Position numbers and translations under genes: made by a program
NCBI GenBank assembly: GCA_934533005.1
Contig: CAKTBC010000002.1
Location: 3,702 to 67,701, forward strand
Direction of reading: 5' to 3'
Origin: an uncultured Oscillospiraceae bacterium
GTDB lineage: Bacteria; Bacillota; Clostridia; Oscillospirales; Oscillospiraceae
DNA length: 64,000 nucleotides
The notes under the pieces: generated by a model
What the model was told of the DNA's origin: nothing
The model's database searches: none
The model's input: the letters and a program-made list of their open reading frames with translations, nothing else
Part shown: positions 1 to 8,521 of the stretch, one piece after another
Layout of the letters: each line of letters opens with the position of its first letter
How positions within the stretch are numbered: the stretch's first letter is position 1

Positions 1-528
1 CTTGGCAGTGCGAAGAAGGTCGTCGTCCTCGGCGGCGGCGCAGTCGGTATGGAGACCGCCTACTGGCTGAGTTATGAGCACGGCTGCAAGATCACCGTGA
101 TCGACATGCTCGGCAACTTCATGGACGGTGCCTGCACCGCCAATCGCGGCCACATCATCCACTATCTTGAGGATAACGGCGCAAAGCTCGTCAACTGCGC
201 GACGATCAAATCGTTCGAGCCGGGTAAGGTGCTCGTCAGCCGCAACATCTCCAAGGGCGCGCCCGACGTTTACTGCACCTGGACGCCCGTTCTGCCGAAG
301 AACGTCGTCAACCCGCTCGCGCCGAAGATGGGCCCCGAAACCATCGTTGAAGAGCACCACGCGGAGCTGTTCGTCAATGCGCTCGGCCGCCGCGCCGACG
401 AGGGGCAGTATCTCGAAGGTGTGAAGCAGCACGTCGCCAAGGAGATCTACAACATCGGCGACTCCTTCCAGGCCGGTCTCGTCTGGGGCGCTACCAAGGC
501 CGCCTACAACCTCGCGCAGTACATCTGA
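1..528 (+). CDS. C-terminal part of an FAD/NAD(P)-binding oxidoreductase (2,4-dienoyl-CoA reductase / NADH:flavin oxidoreductase-like); 5' end lies outside the window
   Basis: Frame 1 is open from base 1 (LGSAKKVVVLGGGAVGMETAYW...). It has a GxGxxG dinucleotide-binding motif, a stop at 526-528, and a hairpin terminator follows. Confidence 0.6.
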   Translation, partial: LGSAKKVVVLGGGAVGMETAYWLSYEHGCKITVIDMLGNFMDGACTANRGHIIHYLEDNGAKLVNCATIKSFEPGKVLVSRNISKGAPDVYCTWTPVLPKNVVNPLAPKMGPETIVEEHHAELFVNALGRRADEGQYLEGVKQHVAKEIYNIGDSFQAGLVWGATKAAYNLAQYI

Positions 529-557
529 TCACCGCATCATTACATAGCATAGCAAAG

Positions 558-597
558 CCCGCCGTATCCGGTACATCCGAATACGGCGGGTTTTTTT
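558..597 (+). terminator. Rho-independent terminator
   Basis: Stem cccgccgtat / atacggcggg followed by T7. Confidence 0.8.
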
Positions 598-609
598 GTA
601 TGGCGGCGG

Positions 610-2061
610 TCAGCCGCCGATCATCTCGATCTTTCCGTCATACACCCAGAATTGAAGCGCCTCCTGCGCAGTGATAAAAGCGTACGGCGTATCCCAGCCG
701 GAGGTCTTCCGCGCCTCTGCTGCGGTCTGCACCGGGTACTGGATGAGCGATCTCTGATGCGTGTAGTTGAGCCAGGAGTTGAGGAGATTGCCCTCTTCCC
801 ACGGCGACGCTTCATAAGAAACATATCCGCGCGCATTCGCGGCACGGTACGGGAAGGAGAACTCTGCGTAGAGTGCCCCGCCGTCATCCTCCGATATGGA
901 ATAATACGGCGCGCTCACCCTCTCCCCCTCTGCCGTGTCGTACAGCACGCGCCCGGAGACATCGCTGTTTACCGTCCAGCTTTGGCCGCCATAGGCCGCC
1001 GTCCAAAGCTGCACCGACTCCGTACCGCAGAATGTTCCCTCCGTCCAGCGGAAATGATGGAAGATACGCCACCGTTCGGGCGCGGCGGAGAGCTGCACGG
1101 CCACACTCGTAAAGTGCATTTCCTTCACATCGTAAGCGTGTGTCACATAGGTCGTATTGCCTTCGACGGTCGTTACCTCCCGTCCTTCATTCATCGGCTC
1201 GTCGTTTTCCCGCACGGCGATGCGTACCGCGCCGCGGCAGGAGAGCAGTTCCTCCTCCGTGAGATCGTCCAGCGCGTCCGCCGGATAACCGAGGGAGAGA
1301 AGCTCCGCCTTTACCGTTTGTGCCTCCGAGGAGAGCGTTTCGGTTGATTTCTCCCACGCCATGGGATAGCGTCCGAAAAAGCCGTAGCCGCAAAAGATCC
1401 CGACAGCGACGAGCGCGGCGATCCAGCGCGCAAGCGCGGTATCGGACAGCTTCACGCGCGCAGGTTCAAGCGAGTAGCCGCTCGCTTCCATTTCCCCGGC
1501 CAGCGAAAAAAGACTGCGCAGCACAAATATAAATGCCCCAAGCAGCGCGAGGCCGGAAATTATGCCGCCCGATCCGATCCGGCAAAGCCCCGTCAGAACA
1601 ACGTACCAGACAAACAGCATCTTTGCCGCATCCGCCGGCTCCCCGTGCCGCGCAGTCTTCACGGCGCGCCAGAAGCAGAGCACGAGCGCAAGCTGCAAAG
1701 AGAGCCCAATATACAATAGCCTCGCTCCGGCGGCAGCATAAAACGTCTCCTGCCAGATCGTCGCGTTCAGAATAAGCGCCGGAAGAAGGAGCGCGCCGCG
1801 CAGGAGCGACAGCACCCAGCACGCCGTAAACCACCGGTTTTCCCGGCGCAGCGAGCGAAAGCCGAGGATCTGCAGCACCGCACCGACGGCAGGCAGAAAG
1901 ATCTCCAGCCGGAGGATGCTCACCGTCACCGCGCCGAGAGCAAAGCCGATCAGGATCCGGTTCATCGCTCGCCGCCACGGCGTAACATCATGCGCCACAT
2001 CGTCGGGCGGAAGCTCGCTCGCGGAAGACTCCAGAAGGGCATCAAAATCGTGTTCATTCAT
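610..2061 (-). CDS. Polytopic membrane protein with a large extracytoplasmic C-terminal domain; putative anti-sigma partner of the upstream ECF sigma
   Basis: Start MNEHDF sits behind GGGAGGTG and overlaps the sigma-gene stop by 8 nt. Several hydrophobic helices are followed by a roughly 260 aa soluble domain. No recognisable zf-HC2 motif. Confidence 0.55.
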   Translation of the reverse strand: MNEHDFDALLESSASELPPDDVAHDVTPWRRAMNRILIGFALGAVTVSILRLEIFLPAVGAVLQILGFRSLRRENRWFTACWVLSLLRGALLLPALILNATIWQETFYAAAGARLLYIGLSLQLALVLCFWRAVKTARHGEPADAAKMLFVWYVVLTGLCRIGSGGIISGLALLGAFIFVLRSLFSLAGEMEASGYSLEPARVKLSDTALARWIAALVAVGIFCGYGFFGRYPMAWEKSTETLSSEAQTVKAELLSLGYPADALDDLTEEELLSCRGAVRIAVRENDEPMNEGREVTTVEGNTTYVTHAYDVKEMHFTSVAVQLSAAPERWRIFHHFRWTEGTFCGTESVQLWTAAYGGQSWTVNSDVSGRVLYDTAEGERVSAPYYSISEDDGGALYAEFSFPYRAANARGYVSYEASPWEEGNLLNSWLNYTHQRSLIQYPVQTAAEARKTSGWDTPYAFITAQEALQFWVYDGKIEMIGG

Positions 2062-2590
2062 GTCTGTCACCTCCCAGCTTTGCACGCAGCGATTTTTTGA
2101 GCCGGTAAAGCCGGCCCTCCACCGCCCGCTCTGTCATGCCGAGCTCGCGGGCGATCTGCGCGGTAGACTGCCGGTAATAGTACTTTCGGTAGAAAAGCAC
2201 ACGCTCGCCGTGCGGCAACGCGCTGAGCGCTTTTCGCAGCGTCTCCTCCCGCTCGCGCCGCAGAAGCGCTTCCTCCGGCGTAGCATCCGGCGACGGCAGC
2301 TCCTCGGAAAGCTTTTCGGGCGGCGCCGCCGTCTTTCGCGCCATATTAAGAGCGGTATTTCGCGCGAGCGCAGTGAGCCATGCCGTCCAGCCGCCGCGCG
2401 AGGGGTCAAAGGAATCGATCTTCTCCCATACCCGCGCCGCGATCTCGGAAATGCATTCCTCCGCATCGCGCCCATCCGGGAGGATAGGCGAAACGATATA
2501 GCGCATGAGCGGCGTGTACCGCCGCAAAAACTCTGCCGCGCCGCGCTCGTCCCGCTCGCGCAGCAGTGCCAGGATATCCTCTTCTTTCAC
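2054..2590 (-). CDS. ECF-type RNA polymerase sigma-70 factor
   Basis: Region 2 (AEFLRRYTPLMRYIV..., DAEECISEIAARVWEKI) and region 4 HTH (STAQIARELGMTERAVEGRLYRLKKSL). GTG start 7 nt after GAGGAGGG. Confidence 0.85.
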   Translation of the reverse strand: MKEEDILALLRERDERGAAEFLRRYTPLMRYIVSPILPDGRDAEECISEIAARVWEKIDSFDPSRGGWTAWLTALARNTALNMARKTAAPPEKLSEELPSPDATPEEALLRREREETLRKALSALPHGERVLFYRKYYYRQSTAQIARELGMTERAVEGRLYRLKKSLRAKLGGDRHE

Positions 2591-2656
2591 GCGCCGTCCC
2601 TCCTCTTCCGTTTGTGTCTGTTCTATATTACACGGCCCGACAGAAAACCCCACGCA

Positions 2657-2689
2657 CAAAAGATGCGGCGCGGAAAAATCCGCGCCGCA
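2657..2689 (-). terminator. Rho-independent terminator ending the ribU-pcrA-csoR-like-PT-protein transcription unit
   Basis: Minus-strand stem tgcggcgcgg/ccgcgccgca followed by a T-run (catctttt). Confidence 0.6.
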
Positions 2690-2698
2690 CAGTTCAGC

Positions 2699-3364
2699 TC
2701 AGCCGATATGGATCGTATCCGCCGCCGTAATAGCCGCGACATCCTTTCCGCTGTAGGTACCGTTAAAGTTCCAGGTGACGTTGACCGGCACATCCGTTCC
2801 GGGCGTGACCTCCACGCTTGAGCTGCCAAGGTAGGTCTCCTCGAGCGAAGTGTTGGTAAGATTCAGCGACTTTGTCGGAACATAGGACGTGTTGCCGCCG
2901 ATGTTGACAACAACAGCGCTGCTGCTCTCGCCGGTGACAAGCGCATAGGACGTCACATACACGTCGAGCTTGAGAGTCGGCGTTTCGCCGTCGGTCAGAT
3001 TCCACTTCACCAGAAGATTGAGGTATGTGCCGGAATCCGAGCGGATTTCGCCGCTCTTTGCATAATTGGGAACAGCGGTGGGAGCCATTGTGGGAACAGG
3101 TGTTTCGGTCGGAACCGCGGTCGGGGTCGGCGTCGGAGTGGGAGCCGCGGTCGATGCCGCTGTGGCGATGGGGGTAGGCGTGGGAGCCGTCGTAGGCTCC
3201 GCGGTCGGCTCGATCGTCGCGGTCGGTTCTGGCGTCGCGGTCGCCGAGGTGCCGGGGTTTTGCGTGTCCGGCGCTTCGTTTTTGGATATGCGGAACACGA
3301 CAAAAATGCCGACGGCGATCACAAGGAAAATAAGGAGCAAAGCGGGAGCCGCAGATTTTTTCAT
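2699..3364 (-). CDS. Membrane-anchored protein with a Pro/Thr-rich linker and a beta-rich C-terminal domain; function unknown
   Basis: N-terminal signal anchor MKKSAAPALLLIFLVIAVGIFVV, about 70 aa of TPEPTA-like low complexity, then a globular domain. Starts 17 nt after the csoR-like stop. Confidence 0.6.
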   Translation of the reverse strand: MKKSAAPALLLIFLVIAVGIFVVFRISKNEAPDTQNPGTSATATPEPTATIEPTAEPTTAPTPTPIATAASTAAPTPTPTPTAVPTETPVPTMAPTAVPNYAKSGEIRSDSGTYLNLLVKWNLTDGETPTLKLDVYVTSYALVTGESSSAVVVNIGGNTSYVPTKSLNLTNTSLEETYLGSSSVEVTPGTDVPVNVTWNFNGTYSGKDVAAITAADTIHIG

Positions 3365-3381
3365 GGAGGATCCTCCTATTC

Positions 3382-3741
3382 TTACTTCATCAGGAGATCG
3401 ATCGCCTTATCCAGTTCGGAAAGCGTTTCGGTATCCCCTTTTTGGACGGCGTCGATGACGCAATGGTTCATATGATCTCGCAAAATGATTTTGCAGATAT
3501 TGTTGATTGCGCTGCGCACGGCAGCGAGCTGGACGAGCACCTCGGCGCAGTCGCGCCCGTCGTCGATCATGCGTTCGACGGCGTGCAGATGCCCGATCAC
3601 CCGCGCCAGCCGGTTTTTCACGGTTTTGGTGTTCTGGTGCGTATGCGCATGGGAGTGCGTATGCACCGTGCCGTCGGCATGGACATGCACGTGCTCTTCC
3701 CCGTTATGCACAGATCCGGTATGTTCCATAGCTTCACTCAT
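3382..3741 (-). CDS. CsoR/RcnR-family (DUF156) metal-sensing transcriptional repressor with a His-rich N-terminal extension
   Basis: Core RLARVIGHLHAVERMIDDGRDCAEVLVQLAAVRSAINNICKIILRDHMNHC carries the x-C-H-C ligand pattern (C..DH...C). N-terminus HTGSVHNGEEHVHVHADGTVHTHSHAHTH. Confidence 0.8.
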   Translation of the reverse strand: MSEAMEHTGSVHNGEEHVHVHADGTVHTHSHAHTHQNTKTVKNRLARVIGHLHAVERMIDDGRDCAEVLVQLAAVRSAINNICKIILRDHMNHCVIDAVQKGDTETLSELDKAIDLLMK

Positions 3742-6220
3742 CCTTCGTCATGTGCTGCGCGGCAACGCGAAGCATCATTCGTTTTGTTTCGCCGGTATCA
3801 AACTTCACCTCAACCAGAGCGTCCCCGCCCATCGGCGTCATCTTTTCGATCATGCCCTTGCCGAACGCCTTATGCGCCACGCGGTCGCCTGTCTGAAAAC
3901 TGGGCGTCTTTGGCGCGGACAGAACGGTTTTCGGCTTTTCGGTGGCTACACGCTTCGGCGCGGCGGCGCGGCCGGTACGGGCGGCATAGCTCGTGCCAAA
4001 GCCCGCAGCGCGGCTGCCGGGCTTATATGACACGTATCCGGAGGAATGCCCGCCACCGCGGTAACCGCTCTCCGAAGAGCGGAAAGAGCCGTCATCGTCC
4101 CAGAGACTGGTGCACGCTTCTTTTTTCGCAAGTCCCTGCCGGTCAAGCAGCGCCGCGGGGATCTCCTCGGTGAAGCGCGACGGGAGATTGGCCGACGTGC
4201 GGCCGTAGAGCATGCGCTGCGCTGCGCAGGTAATGTAAAGCTTTTCCTTCGCGCGGGTGATCGCCACATAGCAGAGCCGGCGCTCCTCTTCCATCTCCTC
4301 GCTCTCACCGATGGAAAGCGAGCTCGGAAAAAGCCCCTCCTCCGCGCCGACGATGAAAACGACCGGAAATTCCAGTCCCTTGGCCGCATGCATCGTCATC
4401 ATGACGGCGGCGTCCTCAGCGCGGTCGTAATTATCCATATCCGTATAGAGCGCTACCTCGTCGAGATAGGAATAGAGATCGAGATCCGGGTTGGCCTCCA
4501 CGCTCTTCACGATGCTGGATTTGAGCTCGGCGATGTTTTCGAGCCGGGTGACGTTCTCGTCGCCGCCCTTCGTTTCCAGAGCGAGCGCATAGCCGGTACG
4601 CTCGACCACCGCGTCATAAAATTCGTCCAGCGGCAGCGCCGAAACGGCTTCCTGCAGTTCCGCGATCATGCGGCAGAACTCTTCCATTCTCTTTCCGGCG
4701 GAGATACCGGCTCTGTGGGACGCCGTGGACATTGCCTCAAAGAGCGAAATGCTCTCCGCCGCGGCGATCTCGCGGATCTTTTCAAGGCTCGTCGCCCCGA
4801 TGCCGCGCGGCGGCTCATTCACAATGCGCAGAAGGCGCGTTTCGTCCGTGGGGTTTGCGATCACGTTGAGGTACGCGAGAATGTCCTTGACCTCAGCGCG
4901 GTCAAAAAAGCGTGTGCCGCCGAAGATGCGGTACGGGATCGAGCGGCGCTTGAGTGCAAGTTCGATACTGCGAGACTGTGCGTTTGTCCGGTAGAGCACG
5001 GCAAAATCGCGCATCGGACGGCGCGTCGAGCGGATGGTGCGGGCAACAAAGTCTGCCTCGTCGTCCTCGTTGTGCGCCTCGTAGAGCGTGATGGGCTCGC
5101 CGCCAGACTGTGCTGTCCATAGCGTTTTCCCCTTACGCTCGTGGTTATTTGCGATGACGGCATTCGCCGCAGCGAGGATGTTCCCGGTCGAGCGGTAGTT
5201 CTGCTCAAGCCGGATGACGCGCGCATCCGGGTACTGTTTTTCAAAGGAGAGTATGTTCTCGATCGTGGCGCCGCGGAACTTATAGATGCTCTGATCGTCG
5301 TCGCCGACGACGCAGATGTTCCGGCTGCCGCTCGCCATGAGCGCGGCAAAGAGGTATTGCAGGTGGTTCGTATCCTGATACTCGTCGATGAGAACGTACC
5401 GGAACTTTCGCTGATAGTACGCGAGCACATCCGGATTATCCTGCAAAAGCCGGACGGTATAGTATATGAGATCGTCAAAGTCCATGGCCCCAGCGTCCCG
5501 CAGATGTTTGGCATATGCCGCGCAGATCTGCGCGGTGCGGATGCAGCGGATATCGCCGGTGCGCTCCTCGGCAGCCACGGCGTCCTCGGGCGCGACGAGC
5601 GCCCCTTTATACCGGCTCGCCGCGGCGAGCATGGCCTTCGGCGGGAACGCCTTATCGTCGATGTTTTTATCGCGCAGGATGCGCTTCATCACCGAAAGGC
5701 TGTCTGCCTGATCGTAGATCGTGAAGCTCTTCGGGAAGCCGAGACGGTCGGCATCGCGCCGCAGGATGCGCACGCAGGTACCATGAAACGTGAGCGCCCA
5801 CACATCGCGCCCGGTCTCGCCGAGCTTGGCTTCCAGGCGGCTCTTGAGTTCGTCCGCGGCCTTGTTCGTGAACGTGATCGCGAGCACCTGCCACGGAGCC
5901 GCCGGGTCAACGGCGCACATGCGGCGGATATTGTCCGTCATGCTCGTACGTCCGGCAGCGGCATCCTCCAGTACCAAGAGCATTTTCTCATCCGCGCCCG
6001 GCGGGAGCTCTCTCGTGTCTGCGCCGCGGCCAAAGCGGAGGATATTCTCCACGCGGTGGATCAAGACCGTTGTTTTCCCGCTGCCCGCGCCCGCGAGCAG
6101 AAGAAGCGGGCCTTCCGTCGTCAGAACGGCCTCGCGCTGCTCCGGGTTCAGATTGGCATATTCTTTTTCAATGATCCGCCGCCGTGCGGCGGCAAACCGG
6201 CGGGAAAAGTCCTCGGTCAT
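3734..6220 (-). CDS. pcrA: ATP-dependent DNA helicase PcrA (UvrD family)
   Basis: Walker A AGAGSGKTTVL, motif DEYQDTN, VGDDDQSIYKFRGA, QNYRST, and the C-terminal Tudor-like tail VAHKAFGKGMI. Confidence 0.92.
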   Translation of the reverse strand: MTEDFSRRFAAARRRIIEKEYANLNPEQREAVLTTEGPLLLLAGAGSGKTTVLIHRVENILRFGRGADTRELPPGADEKMLLVLEDAAAGRTSMTDNIRRMCAVDPAAPWQVLAITFTNKAADELKSRLEAKLGETGRDVWALTFHGTCVRILRRDADRLGFPKSFTIYDQADSLSVMKRILRDKNIDDKAFPPKAMLAAASRYKGALVAPEDAVAAEERTGDIRCIRTAQICAAYAKHLRDAGAMDFDDLIYYTVRLLQDNPDVLAYYQRKFRYVLIDEYQDTNHLQYLFAALMASGSRNICVVGDDDQSIYKFRGATIENILSFEKQYPDARVIRLEQNYRSTGNILAAANAVIANNHERKGKTLWTAQSGGEPITLYEAHNEDDEADFVARTIRSTRRPMRDFAVLYRTNAQSRSIELALKRRSIPYRIFGGTRFFDRAEVKDILAYLNVIANPTDETRLLRIVNEPPRGIGATSLEKIREIAAAESISLFEAMSTASHRAGISAGKRMEEFCRMIAELQEAVSALPLDEFYDAVVERTGYALALETKGGDENVTRLENIAELKSSIVKSVEANPDLDLYSYLDEVALYTDMDNYDRAEDAAVMMTMHAAKGLEFPVVFIVGAEEGLFPSSLSIGESEEMEEERRLCYVAITRAKEKLYITCAAQRMLYGRTSANLPSRFTEEIPAALLDRQGLAKKEACTSLWDDDGSFRSSESGYRGGGHSSGYVSYKPGSRAAGFGTSYAARTGRAAAPKRVATEKPKTVLSAPKTPSFQTGDRVAHKAFGKGMIEKMTPMGGDALVEVKFDTGETKRMMLRVAAQHMTKDE

Positions 6221-6247
6221 GGGGCAATATCCTCGGTTTCGTTATAT

Positions 6248-6796
6248 TTAATCTTTGAAGAACAGATGCTTGACGCGCTTATAAATAAAGAACGTGATCG
6301 CGCCGTTGACGCCTGCCTTGATAAGATTGAAGAGCAGAATGAACGGCATGAGCGAGAGCACGGCGGACACCGTGGCGTTGTTCACTGCACCCATCATAAA
6401 ATAGGGCGTGATGACAAGGTTTGCAAAGAACATGCACACGACCATCGTCAGCGTGCCGATGCCGATGGCGACCGCGGCCATTTTCTTCGTTTTGTGTTTC
6501 CGGTAGAAAAGGCTCGACGAGAGCACATACGCGCCCGTTGCGACAATGTGCATGATGATGCCGTAGATCCCGCTCTGGGCGCTCACGGTAAAGCCCTGAA
6601 TGAATGCGGCGATCAGTGTGACGATGAATCCCGCAGCCGGGCCAAACGCAAAGCCGCAGATCAGGATGGGAATGTCTGCCGGGTCGTATTCAAGGAATGC
6701 GACCGCCGGGAAGATCGGAAAGTGGATCAGCGCGACAAAGCAGACGGAGAGTGCCGTCAAAATCGCCATCGTCGTCAGTTTACGGGTGTTATTCAT
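6248..6796 (-). CDS. ribU: Riboflavin transporter, ECF S-component RibU/FmnP-like
   Basis: About 180 aa protein with 5-6 transmembrane helices (MNNTRKLTTMAILTALSV...). Sits directly downstream of an FMN riboswitch. Start chosen at M33 of the track ORF, behind GGGGG. Confidence 0.85.
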   Translation of the reverse strand: MNNTRKLTTMAILTALSVCFVALIHFPIFPAVAFLEYDPADIPILICGFAFGPAAGFIVTLIAAFIQGFTVSAQSGIYGIIMHIVATGAYVLSSSLFYRKHKTKKMAAVAIGIGTLTMVVCMFFANLVITPYFMMGAVNNATVSAVLSLMPFILLFNLIKAGVNGAITFFIYKRVKHLFFKD

Positions 6797-6810
6797 GGGA
6801 AAAGGCCCCC

Positions 6811-6992
6811 TTAAAAAAAATTCGTCCGAAGAAAACCATTCTCCGGGCGCAGCACAAGGATGTAAGGAGAGCCTTACCGCTTCTTCTTCCATCCAGACTA
6901 TACTGTCGGTTTCGGAGTTACACCGAATCTGCCTTACGGCTCGCGGACTTTACCGCCGGTCGGGAGTTTCACCCTGCCCTGAAGAACTGTTC
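6811..6992 (-). promoter_or_regulatory. FMN riboswitch (RFN element) with a T8 terminator expression platform
   Basis: The minus strand reads GTTCTTCAGGGCAGGGTGAAACTCCCGACCGGCGGTAAAGTCCGCGAGCC...GCAGATTCGGTGTAACTCCGAAACCGACAGTATAGTCTGGATGGAAGAAGAAG, a near-consensus RFN core. A T8 run lies 16 nt before the ribU ATG. Confidence 0.92.
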
Positions 6993-7009
6993 CATATTCA
7001 GATAGCCGT

Positions 7010-7037
7010 ATTATAGCACGCTCCGCAAAAAAATCAA
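7010..7037 (-). promoter_or_regulatory. Sigma-A-type promoter of the riboswitch-ribU unit
   Basis: TTGATT - 16 nt - TGcTATAAT on the minus strand. Confidence 0.55.
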
Positions 7038-7042
7038 GAGCT

Positions 7043-7071
7043 TTGACAATCCGCTCAAAAAACCTTACAAT
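7043..7071 (+). promoter_or_regulatory. Sigma-A-type promoter for the SLOG/GNAT genes
   Basis: TTGACA - 17 nt - TACAAT. Confidence 0.55.
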
Positions 7072-7085
7072 AGCGGCAAAAGGAT

Positions 7086-7598
7086 GTGATGCGCATGGGC
7101 GAGCCAACCTGCACCTTTACCGGCCACCGCGCCGAGAAGCTGCCGTGGGGCTATAACGAGAGCGATCCGCGCTGCCGGAGACTGAAACGGACGCTGTTCG
7201 ATACACTGGAAGCGGTATACGAATCCGGCTTTCACCGGTTCATCTGCGGCATGGCGGAGGGGTGCGATCTCTATTTCTGCGAGGCCGTCCTCGCGCTGCG
7301 CGAGGGTCATTCCGATATTACGCTCGAAGCCGCCGTCCCGTTTGCGGGACAGGCCGAGCATTGGGGCGCATCGCAGCGGCAGCGGTACGACTCGCTCATC
7401 GCGCGCTGCGACACCGTCACCGTATTGCAGGAGCATTACTCCCCCGGCTGCATGATGAAGCGCAACCGCTACATGGTCGACCACGCCGATCTCATCATCG
7501 CCTGCTACGACGGGAAATCCGGCGGCACGCTCAACACGCTGCGCTACGCCATCGGGCGAGACATCCAGATCGTGCATCTGCCGCTGGAAAGTGAATAG
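7086..7598 (+). CDS. SLOG-fold DUF1273 (YpsA-like) protein
   Basis: TFTGHRAEKLPWGYNE...FICGMAEGCDLYFCEAVL...GGTLNTLRYA pattern typical of DUF1273. Confidence 0.7.
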   Translation: MMRMGEPTCTFTGHRAEKLPWGYNESDPRCRRLKRTLFDTLEAVYESGFHRFICGMAEGCDLYFCEAVLALREGHSDITLEAAVPFAGQAEHWGASQRQRYDSLIARCDTVTVLQEHYSPGCMMKRNRYMVDHADLIIACYDGKSGGTLNTLRYAIGRDIQIVHLPLESE

Positions 7599-7608
7599 GA
7601 GAAAGAAA

Positions 7609-8061
7609 ATGGAATTTAAAAAGATCGATAAGACCAACTATCAGGAATGCATGGCATTGGAGGTCGACGAAAGCCAGAAGTACTTCGTCGCGGATAACAC
7701 GCGCTCTCTCGTCGAGGCCGCCTATGAGGACGGACTCTACACGCTGGGAATATATGACGGCGATACCATGGTTGGTTTCATCCTGTACGACTACGACGAT
7801 ACATATCCCGGCTGGTCAATGAGCCGGTTTATGATCGGCCGCCAGTTCCAGGGAAAAGGCTATGGAAAACGCGCCGTCCGGGAGTTTCTGGACTATTTTA
7901 AAGCCGAGCATAACGCCGATAAGATCTATATCAGCGTTTCTCTCGACAACACCATCGCTCGCAAAATGTACACGGATTTAGGCTTTCAGAAAATAAAGGA
8001 AATTGAATATACGTATTCCGGCCATCTGTATCGCGAGATGCAGATGGCAAAGGAGCTGTAA
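7609..8061 (+). CDS. GNAT-family N-acetyltransferase
   Basis: Acetyl-CoA motif A RQFQGKGYGKRAVREFLDY. ATG follows AGGAGAAAG. The DNA is visibly more AT-rich than its neighbours. Confidence 0.8.
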   Translation: MEFKKIDKTNYQECMALEVDESQKYFVADNTRSLVEAAYEDGLYTLGIYDGDTMVGFILYDYDDTYPGWSMSRFMIGRQFQGKGYGKRAVREFLDYFKAEHNADKIYISVSLDNTIARKMYTDLGFQKIKEIEYTYSGHLYREMQMAKEL

Positions 8062-8086
8062 CGTCTCCTGTATTACAGCTCGCAGT

Positions 8087-8120
8087 GAAAAACGGCGCGG
8101 ACAGGTTATCTGTCCGCGCC
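8087..8120. terminator. Bidirectional hairpin terminator between GNAT (+) and ybaB (-)
   Basis: Stem ggcgcggacag/ctgtccgcgcc. The T-run is on the minus-strand side and a weaker tttgt lies on the plus side. Confidence 0.65.
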
Positions 8121-8143
8121 GCGTTTGTACAAATATCAAATGC

Positions 8144-8503
8144 TCAGAAGCCGAAGTTCAGCCCGCCGGTGACCTTGGCCATACTCTCCTCGCGGGAGGT
8201 CTTTGCCGCCTTGAGCGCGGAGTTGACCGCCGCGATGACCATGTCCTGGAGCATTTCCACGTCATCGGGATCGACGGCCTCGGGGTCGATCGTGAGCGTG
8301 ATGAGCTCACGTTTGCCGTTGACCTCCGCCGTGACAACGCCGCCACCCGCCGAAGCGGAGTATGTCTTGGCGTCCAGCTCTTCCTGCATTTTCAGCATAT
8401 CCTGCTGCATCTTCTGCGCCTGCTTCATGAGATCGCTCTGTCTCATGCCTCCGCCCATGCTCATACCGCCGCCGAAGCTGCCGCCTCTGTATCCTTTTGC
8501 CAT
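8144..8503 (-). CDS. ybaB: Nucleoid-associated protein YbaB/EbfC
   Basis: MKQAQKMQQDMLKMQEEL...GGGVVTAEVNGKRELITLTIDPE motif, immediately downstream of dnaX. Confidence 0.9.
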   Translation of the reverse strand: MAKGYRGGSFGGGMSMGGGMRQSDLMKQAQKMQQDMLKMQEELDAKTYSASAGGGVVTAEVNGKRELITLTIDPEAVDPDDVEMLQDMVIAAVNSALKAAKTSREESMAKVTGGLNFGF

Positions 8504-8521
8504 AATATCGAATCTCCTTTT

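Noticed and set aside
7609-8061. Low-GC GNAT acetyltransferase as a horizontally acquired resistance gene.
   Set aside because: Only composition supports this. There are no flanking mobile-element signatures, and the sequence cannot be assigned to an aminoglycoside or streptothricin acetyltransferase subfamily by eye.
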